This document shows positions 27,109 through 35,699 of a stretch of DNA of 64,000 nt, piece by piece. A program made the translations under genes and the position numbers. Location: positions 14,220 through 78,219 of the forward strand of contig JANWWR010000026.1 of assembly GCA_025055835.1 (NCBI GenBank), read 5' to 3'. Position 1 is the stretch's first letter. Every line of letters starts with the position of its first letter. The notes under the pieces were generated by a model, which saw only the letters and a program-made list of their open reading frames with translations, had not been told where the DNA came from and made no database searches. The DNA comes from Gemmatales bacterium. Lineage in GTDB: Bacteria > Planctomycetota > Planctomycetia > Gemmatales > HRBIN36.

Positions 27109-28608
27109 TCAGGCCAGTCCCTCGTCCGGCCCGACGATTCCGAGGAGCAATTCTTTCAAGCGATCTCGGGCCACGCTTTGCCCGGTGAACAGTTTCACCT
27201 GCATTTCCAGTTGGTCGAGCAGAATCTCCCGCGGATAGACGACGGGACAACCGCGAACTTCCGCTTCCCGGACGATCTGCGATTTCAATCCGATGGAAGT
27301 GAGATCCATCACGGTGATGTTCGGCTTGAGATAGCCGACGTGCAGTCCGCCGCCGGAATCGCTCTGTCCCTTGCGGGGCGGCTGCTTCTCCTCGCTGCAA
27401 ACAATCAGCGTGTCGTGGACCGTGGCGTACAGTGCTTCCCACGGGACGTGGCGGCAGCCGACGGACTGGGCAATTTCCTGGGCGGCGTTGCGGTCGCGTC
27501 CGGCGATGATCGGAATGCCGCCGCGACGGTGGACGGCGTAGGCCATCATGCGGGCGTTGGGATTCGTCCCGGCGATCATGACCATGCGGCCATTCAGGGG
27601 CTTGTCCGCCGGGGCGCCACGGGAACGCAGCGTCGATTCCAGGGCATTCAAAGCCGCTCGACCGATGGTGTTGTACGCCTCCCATTGCTCCTGCTTGCGG
27701 ACGAGCACATCGGCGGCTTGACACTGCTCGACGATCTTCTCCTTCTCCGTGGCGATTTCGAGGATGTCGTGGCGGTGTTCGGGATCGACCACGACGCCCG
27801 CCAGCCGCGTCGCCTCGATGACCTTGCGGAACAGCGGTATGTTGCCGATGGCCAGCGGCAGACAGCGGGCATTGACCTTCAAATCGGCAAAGGCCCCGTT
27901 GAGCACGCCGACCGTGGCATACTCCAACTCCGTGAAGCCGGTGACGCCGATGAAGCGGGTGTTCTTATCAATGGCCGGATAGTGGTAAACGTGGTTGAGA
28001 TCGTGAACCGTCGGCTGAGCGGGATAGGTTTCCATACCCCGTTCTAGAGCGGCATAGGTCCACGGAGCGCCGAGCTTTTTGCCGAGAACGGTCAACATCA
28101 CCCCCGGTTTTCCCAGACCGACGATGACCGTAGGCACCGACGCCTTGCCGAGTACCTGGACCAGCGGCCAAGCCTCTTCCGGCGTCCGGGCCAGGGTCGT
28201 GAGTTTGACCACGTCGGCGTTCTTGGAACAGCAGTCCTGATAGATTTCCGGCAGGTTTTTCGGGGTTTCCTGAAGGTTCGTGTAAGAGATGACCCGCTTG
28301 GCCGGAGGGAAAGGCCGAATCTGACCGGCGACGTCCACTTCGATTTCGACATAGTCCGCCTTGGAGACGATGCACTGCCGCAGCAGGGCAAGCCGCTCCT
28401 CTTCGCTGCCGTCCCATTCGCCCCCGTCCTTGGGCCGTCGGCAACTCATGATGACCGGTCGCGTCTTGTGCTGGAGCAGTTCGCCGATGTCGGCGTTCTT
28501 CTCGAAGCGATCCAGACGCAGCTCGATGAGGTCGCACTGCTTAGCGGCGTTCAGCATGTCTACGAGAGCGAACCGCCGCGACTCCTGAGCGATGGAAATG
28601 CAGATCAT
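27109..28608 (-). CDS. Type I 3-dehydroquinase-like domain fused to shikimate dehydrogenase-like domain (AroD-AroE-like)
   Basis: N-terminal: CDLIELRLDRF...PVIMSCRRPKDGGEW...ADYVEIEVD...ADVVKLTT (DHQase-I fold). C-terminal: FIGVTGF...VLNGAF...VMIAGTNPNARMMAYAV (SDH-like). ATG at 28608. Several canonical catalytic motifs look substituted (see findings). Confidence 0.7.
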   Translation of the reverse strand: MICISIAQESRRFALVDMLNAAKQCDLIELRLDRFEKNADIGELLQHKTRPVIMSCRRPKDGGEWDGSEEERLALLRQCIVSKADYVEIEVDVAGQIRPFPPAKRVISYTNLQETPKNLPEIYQDCCSKNADVVKLTTLARTPEEAWPLVQVLGKASVPTVIVGLGKPGVMLTVLGKKLGAPWTYAALERGMETYPAQPTVHDLNHVYHYPAIDKNTRFIGVTGFTELEYATVGVLNGAFADLKVNARCLPLAIGNIPLFRKVIEATRLAGVVVDPEHRHDILEIATEKEKIVEQCQAADVLVRKQEQWEAYNTIGRAALNALESTLRSRGAPADKPLNGRMVMIAGTNPNARMMAYAVHRRGGIPIIAGRDRNAAQEIAQSVGCRHVPWEALYATVHDTLIVCSEEKQPPRKGQSDSGGGLHVGYLKPNITVMDLTSIGLKSQIVREAEVRGCPVVYPREILLDQLEMQVKLFTGQSVARDRLKELLLGIVGPDEGLA

Positions 28609-28738
28609 GACAGGATTTCCTTCTGAAAAACAGCCCGATGAAGCGACAATAACAAACCTCAGTGTGTCATAGGCACGTCGCATTTTCAATTGGCTGGAAA
28701 AGGCAAGGGGCGTCCCGCGGGCAAGCTCCGTCGGTACA

Positions 28739-30010
28739 ATGCAACCCATGATCTGGAACACCAGCCAAACGAGACTGATCGACGGTTTCGGCCCCTTGCC
28801 CGTGATCCGGCCTGAAAGTGTTGCCGAGGTGCAGGAGATCGTTCGGCAGGCAGCGGCGAGGGGGGAGGCAGTTTATCCTGTCGGCGGCGGCACCCTGTTG
28901 AATCTGGGCTGGTCGCCGACCCGGCCCGGCGTCGCCGTGGACCTGACCGGCTTGAGTCAGGTCGTGGACTACCCCGCCCGGGACATGACCATTACCGTCC
29001 AGGCCGGCATCACCCTGGAGAAGCTGCAATCGCTTCTGGCAGCGGAGCGGCAGCGGCTTCCCGTGGATGTGCCGTTGCCAGGGCGAAGTTCGCTGGGCGG
29101 TGCCCTGGCCGCCAACGTCAGCGGTCCGCGTCGCTTCGGCTTCGGCACGTTCCGCGACTACGTCATCGGCATCAGCGTCGTGAACGACCGGGGCGAGGTA
29201 ATCAAGGCGGGGGGCCGAGTCGTCAAGAACGTGGCGGGCTATGACCTGTGCAAACTCTACGTCGGCTCGCTGGGCACGCTGGGCATCATCGTTCAAGTGA
29301 CGCTCAAGGTTCGGCCGGTGCCAGAAGCCTCGGTACTTTTGGCCGTGCCCGTCTCCGGGCAGAAACTGGCTGAGGCGCTGGATCGCATCCATGCGTCCCG
29401 AACCCGGCCCTGTGCCATCGAACTTCTTTCTCCGGCGACGGCGGACCGGATGGGGTTCTCAACCCGGGACTGGCTCCTGCTCATCGGCTACGAGGACAAC
29501 CGAGCCGCCGTGGCATGGCAGGTGGAACAATTGGCTCGGGAACTTGGCGAAATCAGCCTGGCTGCGAACCGAATCTGGCGTGACGGTGATAGCCAGGAAA
29601 TCTGGGCTCAGTTAACCGACTGGCCGCTGGGAGGAGATGCACAAATCGTTTGCAAGGCTTCCGTGTTGCCCAGTCGGACGGCGTCTTTCTGTTGCCTTAC
29701 CGCCGCAGTCATCCCCGATGCGGAAATCCTGGTCCACGCGGGAAGCGGCATCGTCCTGGGTCGGCTGAGGGACATGGCCACTGCGAGCGAAGTCCTGCTC
29801 CGCCTGCGGAACGAGGTCAAGACATGCGGCGGCAGCGTCATCCTGCTGCGCTGTCCACCCGAGTTGAAACCAAGCCTCGATGTCTGGGGAGAGGCCCACG
29901 AGGCCTGGCCGCTCATGGCCGAGATCAAAGCCAAGCTCGATCCCGCCGACCTGTTCAATCCCGGCCGTTTCGTGTTCAAACCACCAGGTTCATCGCCAAG
30001 CCCCAGGTGA
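28739..30010 (+). CDS. FAD-binding PCMH-type oxidoreductase (GlcE-like)
   Basis: VIRPESVAEVQEIVRQAAARGEAVYPVGGGTLLNLG...VKNVAGYDLCKLYVGSLGTLGII. Confidence 0.8.
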   Translation: MQPMIWNTSQTRLIDGFGPLPVIRPESVAEVQEIVRQAAARGEAVYPVGGGTLLNLGWSPTRPGVAVDLTGLSQVVDYPARDMTITVQAGITLEKLQSLLAAERQRLPVDVPLPGRSSLGGALAANVSGPRRFGFGTFRDYVIGISVVNDRGEVIKAGGRVVKNVAGYDLCKLYVGSLGTLGIIVQVTLKVRPVPEASVLLAVPVSGQKLAEALDRIHASRTRPCAIELLSPATADRMGFSTRDWLLLIGYEDNRAAVAWQVEQLARELGEISLAANRIWRDGDSQEIWAQLTDWPLGGDAQIVCKASVLPSRTASFCCLTAAVIPDAEILVHAGSGIVLGRLRDMATASEVLLRLRNEVKTCGGSVILLRCPPELKPSLDVWGEAHEAWPLMAEIKAKLDPADLFNPGRFVFKPPGSSPSPR

Positions 30011-30683
30011 AGAAACAGGGCAGGGCAATGAGCAAGGCGTGTGGCCATTGAAACTGCATGACCAGCCACAGGGTCAGAAACCACGCAGCGAAAAGGACCA
30101 CATCTCCGAACAGCGTCAAGAAGAATTGGCCATATCCACTCTGGGCCTCCAGGCCGGTGTAGAAAGCGGTTTCCGGAATGCGTTGTCCCTCGCTGTTCTG
30201 GTAATAAGCCGTGCCTTGGCTGCGGTCGATGTAGCCGTCCTTGTCGCGGACGACCTCCCATCGGACGGCCTCACCTTCGTCGGGAACGGCGATGACCACG
30301 GGAGGCGTCTGTGGCATGGGTCGGTTCTGGTCGTCCCGGAACTGCACCGTGCTTCCGCCGATCACGGTGCGACGATAGCGGATCTCCCGGCCAGTTTCCT
30401 CGTCGATCACGCGCAGTTCCTGAAACGTGATTGCCGCCGTTTCCGGCGTTCGCAGGAAAAGCATGTCGTCGAAATTGACCGGCCAGCGGGCTCCGCCGGA
30501 GAGGTTGAAGAGACTGGGAAGGACCAGGCCGACGGTCCAGATAATGCCCGCTCCGATCAAGGCCCGCCACCATAGGCCCTTGGCCAGCGTTTCGTAGAAG
30601 ACGCCCTGGAGGAAACGGCTGCCGGCAAACAGCACAGCCGCTAGAGCAGGATAGACGAAGATGATCAGCAATACCTGAACCAT
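29976..30683 (-). CDS. Hypothetical membrane protein (2 TM - soluble domain - 2 TM)
   Basis: MVQVLLIIFVYPALAAVLFAG... and ...FFLTLFGDVVLFAAWFLTLWLVMQFQWPHALLIALPCFF. No motif recognised. The 3' end overlaps the convergent GlcE-like gene by 35 nt. Confidence 0.55.
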   Translation of the reverse strand: MVQVLLIIFVYPALAAVLFAGSRFLQGVFYETLAKGLWWRALIGAGIIWTVGLVLPSLFNLSGGARWPVNFDDMLFLRTPETAAITFQELRVIDEETGREIRYRRTVIGGSTVQFRDDQNRPMPQTPPVVIAVPDEGEAVRWEVVRDKDGYIDRSQGTAYYQNSEGQRIPETAFYTGLEAQSGYGQFFLTLFGDVVLFAAWFLTLWLVMQFQWPHALLIALPCFFTWGLAMNLVV

Positions 30684-30929
30684 GAGCCTGTCCGCGAAGC
30701 GTCTGCCGTTTTCTCAAGGGAATACCCTGGCAGGCATGATAAGGAATCCCGTGCGGGGCTGCCATACGAGACTCTGGGAAGGCCGGGAAAACTGGGGCGT
30801 CCCCGTCCGCAACGCCGAGGAAGTGCGATTGTGGAGAACAAGTCGGCTGTTATAATGCCGCACGCTTTTGGCCGCGGACATGGAGGGCGCGGCCGCCGAG
30901 GTCCTTTTCTCAAACCGGTCCCAGGTGCC

Positions 30930-32363
30930 ATGCTGACGACACTGATGCTGGTGGGCAGTCTGGCCGCAGCCGCTCAGCCCGGCGAACGCGCGGAATGGAT
31001 TCTGACGCCGCGGTTGGTGCGTGGCCAGGAACTCGTCTATCGCGGGACGGCTGCCGAAGTCAATCTCGGTCGCGGCGTCCATTTCAGCAAAAGCTACCAC
31101 ATCGACATCCGCTCCCTGGTGCTCGACGCCAAAGGCGATTCCTTGGAACTGGCGATCCAGACGCGCGTCGCTCAGCAGCAGCCGACGGAAGCCGACCGTG
31201 CCGACGGCACATCTTCCGGATCGGTGCGGCTGGAGGTCGTGGAGGTCGAGGGCACCGGCCGGATCGTTTGGCCGGCTTCGTCTCCCGCCTGGTTCGAACC
31301 GAACGGGCCATGCGTCCTGGAAGCCGGTTTCCTCCTTGAAGTGCCCCGGACTGCCGTGACCATCGGCCAGACCTGGACCATCGAACAGGCCCGGCAGCCG
31401 CCTCTGACCGTCAAGGTGCTCGGCCCGGAATCCTTGGGCAATCTCAGTTGCGTGAAATTGCAGCTGGAACAACAATCCCCGGAGTGGAACAACCCTCGGG
31501 CGGACAAGGCGGGTTGGCGAAGAACGGAAACCATCTGGATCACCCCCCGCCTTGGTGTCGCTCAGCGGATCGTACGCACCGTGGAAGTGCGAGAACCGGC
31601 TCATCGCGATCCGACGTATCGCCTGTCGACGCAATTCGATCTCGAAAGCAGTCTCCGCTACGAAGGGCAGTTCCTGGAAGACCGCCGCAGGGAAATCCTG
31701 GCCATCCGGCAATTCGAGGAGAGCATCCGCAGCCTGCTTCCCCGTGCGGCCCAGAACTCCGCCGCCCTCAAGCAACTCGCCTCCCGTGTGGAACAGTTTG
31801 CCGAGAAACACCCGGCCACGCCGTACCGGGAAGCCCTGGAGCGGGTCAAACGCTTCGCCCTGGACGCCAGCGAAAACCGTCTTCCCCCGGCGGTCGTCGG
31901 TCCGCAACCCGCCAGCCGATTCGCCATCGGTAAGGCGGCTCCCGATTTCCTTGTGCATGATGTCAAAACCGGGGAAGCTGTCTCCCTGCGGAAATGCCAG
32001 GGACGCGCCGTCCTCATGGTGTTTTTCCTTCCGGGAGCCGAATCCTGTCGGTTGTTTTTCCGCTTCGTCCAGGACCTGGCCGACCGGCACGGCGACAAGG
32101 AACTGGTCGTCCTCGGTTTCGCCATGTCGGACGACGTTGCCAAGACGACGGAGACCATCGAGCGGATGCAGGTCCGTTTTCCCGTCTGCCCCGGCAAGTC
32201 GCTCAAGAACTCCTACGAGGTCGAGGCCACGCCGCGCTTCGTCGTCGTTGATGCCGAGGGGATAGTGCGGGCCGCCTTCACCGGCTGGGGACCGGAAATC
32301 CCACCAGCCCTGGCGGAGGCCCTTCGCAAAAGCCTGCCAACCGTCCGCGTCAGCGCTCCCTGA
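30930..32363 (+). CDS. Secreted protein with C-terminal thioredoxin-fold (redoxin/AhpC-TSA-like) domain carrying a single Cys
   Basis: Signal peptide MLTTLMLVGSLAAAAQP. C-terminus: APDFLVHDVKTGEAVSLRKCQGRAVLMVFFLPGAESCRLFF...ATPRFVVVDAEGIV. ATG at 30930. Confidence 0.65.
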   Translation: MLTTLMLVGSLAAAAQPGERAEWILTPRLVRGQELVYRGTAAEVNLGRGVHFSKSYHIDIRSLVLDAKGDSLELAIQTRVAQQQPTEADRADGTSSGSVRLEVVEVEGTGRIVWPASSPAWFEPNGPCVLEAGFLLEVPRTAVTIGQTWTIEQARQPPLTVKVLGPESLGNLSCVKLQLEQQSPEWNNPRADKAGWRRTETIWITPRLGVAQRIVRTVEVREPAHRDPTYRLSTQFDLESSLRYEGQFLEDRRREILAIRQFEESIRSLLPRAAQNSAALKQLASRVEQFAEKHPATPYREALERVKRFALDASENRLPPAVVGPQPASRFAIGKAAPDFLVHDVKTGEAVSLRKCQGRAVLMVFFLPGAESCRLFFRFVQDLADRHGDKELVVLGFAMSDDVAKTTETIERMQVRFPVCPGKSLKNSYEVEATPRFVVVDAEGIVRAAFTGWGPEIPPALAEALRKSLPTVRVSAP

Positions 32364-32509
32364 CCTGTCCTCCGTGTCTTCTCGGGGCTGCGGAACCGCT
32401 ACCGCCGGCAGATTCGTCACAACGCTTCTCGCAAGTCCTCGACCAGCGGCTTGAATCCCGGATCGGTTGCCGAATACTATCATGACGGACTTGGCGAAAT
32501 CGTTTCAGG

Positions 32510-33001
32510 ATGGTGATGATCGCTTACCAGATTCAAAGCAGCAGTCGGCGATGCTCCCGCACGGGACGGGAACTCCAACCCGGAGAGCGGTTTTACAGCG
32601 TGCTGTATGACCGGGAAGGAAAATGGGTCCGGGAGGACTTGAGCGTTGAAGCCTGGCAAGGACCGCCGCCCGATGCTTTTAGCTTCTGGCTCAGCCGGGT
32701 GCCGGACAAGGAGCAGTCCCGACGTGTCATCGTTGACGACGAAGTGCTTACCGCCTGCTTCGAGCGTCTGGCTGAGGATCCCGAGCCGCAGAAGCTCCGC
32801 TTCCGCTACATTGTCGCCCTGCTGCTCATGAGGCGGAAACGGCTCAAGTTCGAGGACGTGGAAATTAAGGACGGACAGGAAGTCCTCGTACTCCGCGATG
32901 TGCGAACTCGGACGTGCCATCGGGTCGTCAACCCGCAGCTTACGGAACAGGAGCTCATGGACGTGGAACAGGAAGTCGAAAAACTGCTCGGCGTGGCATG
33001 A
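32510..33001 (+). CDS. Hypothetical cytoplasmic protein (163 aa)
   Basis: Coding-like composition and no antisense alternative with a motif. CSRTGRELQPGERFYSVL...RFRYIVALLLMRRKRLKFEDVE. No family recognised. Confidence 0.55.
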   Translation: MVMIAYQIQSSSRRCSRTGRELQPGERFYSVLYDREGKWVREDLSVEAWQGPPPDAFSFWLSRVPDKEQSRRVIVDDEVLTACFERLAEDPEPQKLRFRYIVALLLMRRKRLKFEDVEIKDGQEVLVLRDVRTRTCHRVVNPQLTEQELMDVEQEVEKLLGVA

Positions 33002-33041
33002 AGCGATCATGCCTGCATGGGCGCGAAAGAAGAGGCGATAT

Positions 33042-33923
33042 ATGCATCGCACAGGCCTGGTCGGGATGTTCCTGCTGACGGTCGCGGTCGGCTGCGCCTC
33101 GGGACCATTCTCCCGGCCGGGTAACGGACGCATGGCCGCTCCCGCCACGACGCCACGAGCCGAGCAGGTCGTCGCCCACCTCAACCAGCAGTGCCGGGGC
33201 ATCCAGTCGCTGGAGTTTGATCGCGTCAGCATCCAGGCCAAGCAGGGGGTGCAGACCTTCGGCGTCAACGGCCTGATGGCCTACCAGAAGCCGCGAAACT
33301 TTCGCCTCATGGCCTCGGCTCTGAACACGACCTACGCCGATGTGGGTTCCAACGACCGCGAGTTCTGGTTCTGGTTCAACGAAGGGGACAAGCTGCAATA
33401 TTACTGTGCCCATGACGACCTGCCCCACGCTCGGGGACTGGCTTTGCCTATCCATCCCGATTGGGTCGCCGAGGCCCTGTGCATTCAGGAACTCGATCCC
33501 GCGGAGCAGTATCAGGTTCGCATGGGCAACCAGCGTCTGGAACTCGTGAGCGAAACCACGGGACCACAGGGACAGAAGCTTCAGCGGATCACGACCGTGG
33601 CCCTTTCCGGTCCCAATGGCGGTCGCATCATCGCTCATCAGTTGCGGACTACCGACGGGTCGGAAATCTGGTCCGCGGACGTGACGGAGTATCAGAACGT
33701 GGGCGGCTTCGCGATTCCGCGGAAGATCACGCTTCGCTGTCCCAGTCAGCGATTGGAAATGCAGTTCAAGCTCGATGGCGCTCGGATCAACAGTCTCGTG
33801 CCGACACCGCAGACCTTCGCCCGGCCCAACAATTACCAATCGGTCAATCTTGCCCGCGTCGGTCCGCCCGCGGCTCCCAGCGGTACGCCGCAATCCATTC
33901 AGCGCGTCCGGGGCGGCGAGTAG
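33042..33923 (+). CDS. Lipoprotein, possibly LolA/LolB-like fold
   Basis: MHRTGLVGMFLLTVAVGCASG (lipobox VGC). LMAYQKPRNFRLMASALNTTYADVGSNDREFWFWFNEGD resembles the LolA/LolB/DUF4292-type pattern. This fold assignment is by eye only. Confidence 0.55.
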   Translation: MHRTGLVGMFLLTVAVGCASGPFSRPGNGRMAAPATTPRAEQVVAHLNQQCRGIQSLEFDRVSIQAKQGVQTFGVNGLMAYQKPRNFRLMASALNTTYADVGSNDREFWFWFNEGDKLQYYCAHDDLPHARGLALPIHPDWVAEALCIQELDPAEQYQVRMGNQRLELVSETTGPQGQKLQRITTVALSGPNGGRIIAHQLRTTDGSEIWSADVTEYQNVGGFAIPRKITLRCPSQRLEMQFKLDGARINSLVPTPQTFARPNNYQSVNLARVGPPAAPSGTPQSIQRVRGGE

Positions 33924-34102
33924 TCCGCTGGCACCAACACCGGCTTCTCCGAAGCCTTGGCTTTCCCACTTTTACGCCCCCGGCGGGGCCTTCCTGTCTT
34001 CCGCACAATACCGCTTCGCCAAGTGGAAAATCTCCCTAAGCGGTCTATAGATGCAGGCGATTTCGCTGATTGAATCGCTTGCAAATGTGGAGGTTTAACC
34101 TC

Positions 34103-35653
34103 GTGGCGAAGGACGTGGTCGTCATCGGCGCTGGCCCCGGCGGGTTGGCCAGCGCCTTGTTGCTGGCGAAAGCCGGCTTGCGGGTTCGGATCCTGGAGCG
34201 GCAACCGTTTGTCGGAGGGCGGACCTCCACGTTCACGGTGGACGGCTTCCGCTTCGACCTCGGTCCGACGTTCTTTCTCTATCCCCAGGTTCTGGAGGGG
34301 ATTTTCCGCAGCGTCGGCCGGGACTTGCGCCAGGAAGTGGACCTCATTCGGCTTGACCCGCAGTACCGCCTGGTCTTCGGTGCTGGCGGCGAATTGCAGG
34401 CGACTCCGGACGTGGATCGGATGGAGCAGGAGATTGCCCGTCTCAATCGGCACGACGCCGCTAATTTTCGCCGCTTCCTGGCCGATAACGCCGACAAACT
34501 CGAACGCTTCCGCCCCTGTCTGGAATCGCCATTTCTCGGCTGGCGGGATGTGCTCTCGTGGCGGCTGCTGAAGCTGGTGCCACGCTTGCGTCCGTGGCTG
34601 TCTCTGGACAGCGAACTGCGTCGCTACTTCGACGATGAGCGAGTCCGGCTGGCGTTCTCGTTCCAGTCGAAGTATCTGGGCATGTCGCCGTTCCAGTGCC
34701 CGAGTCTGTTTTCGATCCTGGCCTACCTCGAATACGGCCACGGTGTCTATCACCCCATCGGCGGCTGCGGAGCGGTGTCCCAGGCGATGGCCGACGCGGC
34801 GGAGGACCTGGGTGTCCAGATTCACCTCGGCGAGGAGGTCACGGGCATCGAGTTTCGTGGCCGACGAGCCGTTGGCGTCCGCACCGCGAAGGGGCACTAT
34901 CGGACCGATGCCCTCATCATCAACGCTGACTTCGCCCAGGCCATGCGAAAACTGGTTCCGAACCAGCTGCGAAACCGCTGGCGGGATGAAAAACTGGAAC
35001 GGAAGCGGTACTCCTGCTCGACCTTCATGCTCTATCTCGGCCTGGACGGCGAGTGCGACGGCCTCGCGCACCACACCATCTACCTGTCCGCAGATTACAA
35101 GACGAATCTGCGAAACATCGAAGTGGATCACGTTCTCAGCAAAGATCCGTCGTTTTATGTGCAAAACCCCTGCGTCACCGATCCGACCCTGGCTCCACGG
35201 GGCATGAGCACCTTGTACGTCCTGGTGCCGGTGACCCACCAGCATCCCAACGTGGACTGGTCCCGGGAACGGCACCCCTTCCGGAATCTCGTCCTGCGTC
35301 AACTGAGGAAGCTCGGCCTGGAGAATGTCGAGCGACGCATTCGCTTCGAGCGGATCGTGACGCCGGCCGATTGGGAACACGACCATCAGATCTATCGTGG
35401 AGCCACCTTCAACCTGGCTCACACCCTCGGTCAGATGCTCCACCTTCGGCCGCGCAATCGGTTTGAGGATTTGGAAGGCGTGTATCTGGTCGGCGGTGGC
35501 ACCCATCCGGGCAGCGGGCTGCCGGTGATCTTCGAGTCGGCCAAGATTTCCTCCCGACTTTTGCTTCAAGATTTGGGGCTGGATCCGGCAGAAAGTTTTC
35601 AGGAGAACCAATCGGCGACGGCTTCTCCACAAGCGGTTTTGACGGGTTGTTGA
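34103..35653 (+). CDS. Phytoene desaturase family protein (CrtI/CrtN-type carotenoid desaturase)
   Basis: AKDVVVIGAGPGGLASALLLAKAGLRVRILERQPFVGGRTSTFTVDGFRFDLGPTFFLYP and C-terminal YLVGGGTHPGSGLP. GTG 34103 has GGAGG 9 nt upstream. Alternatives are ATG 34085 and TTG 34070. Confidence 0.85.
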   Translation: MAKDVVVIGAGPGGLASALLLAKAGLRVRILERQPFVGGRTSTFTVDGFRFDLGPTFFLYPQVLEGIFRSVGRDLRQEVDLIRLDPQYRLVFGAGGELQATPDVDRMEQEIARLNRHDAANFRRFLADNADKLERFRPCLESPFLGWRDVLSWRLLKLVPRLRPWLSLDSELRRYFDDERVRLAFSFQSKYLGMSPFQCPSLFSILAYLEYGHGVYHPIGGCGAVSQAMADAAEDLGVQIHLGEEVTGIEFRGRRAVGVRTAKGHYRTDALIINADFAQAMRKLVPNQLRNRWRDEKLERKRYSCSTFMLYLGLDGECDGLAHHTIYLSADYKTNLRNIEVDHVLSKDPSFYVQNPCVTDPTLAPRGMSTLYVLVPVTHQHPNVDWSRERHPFRNLVLRQLRKLGLENVERRIRFERIVTPADWEHDHQIYRGATFNLAHTLGQMLHLRPRNRFEDLEGVYLVGGGTHPGSGLPVIFESAKISSRLLLQDLGLDPAESFQENQSATASPQAVLTGC

Positions 35654-35699
35654 AGGCTTTCGGCGGTGGCAGGGCAGTCTGAGCACGAGGTAAGAGTAA

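Noticed and set aside
31278-31295. GGTTCGAACC T-loop-like string suggesting a tRNA
   Set aside because: It is inside a well-supported CDS. The flanks do not form T-stem, acceptor or anticodon arms.
30714-32483. 589-aa ORF on the minus strand
   Set aside because: It is opposite the exported redoxin-domain gene. It has no motifs and junk-like composition, and it would span the plus-strand gene's own promoter and terminator regions.
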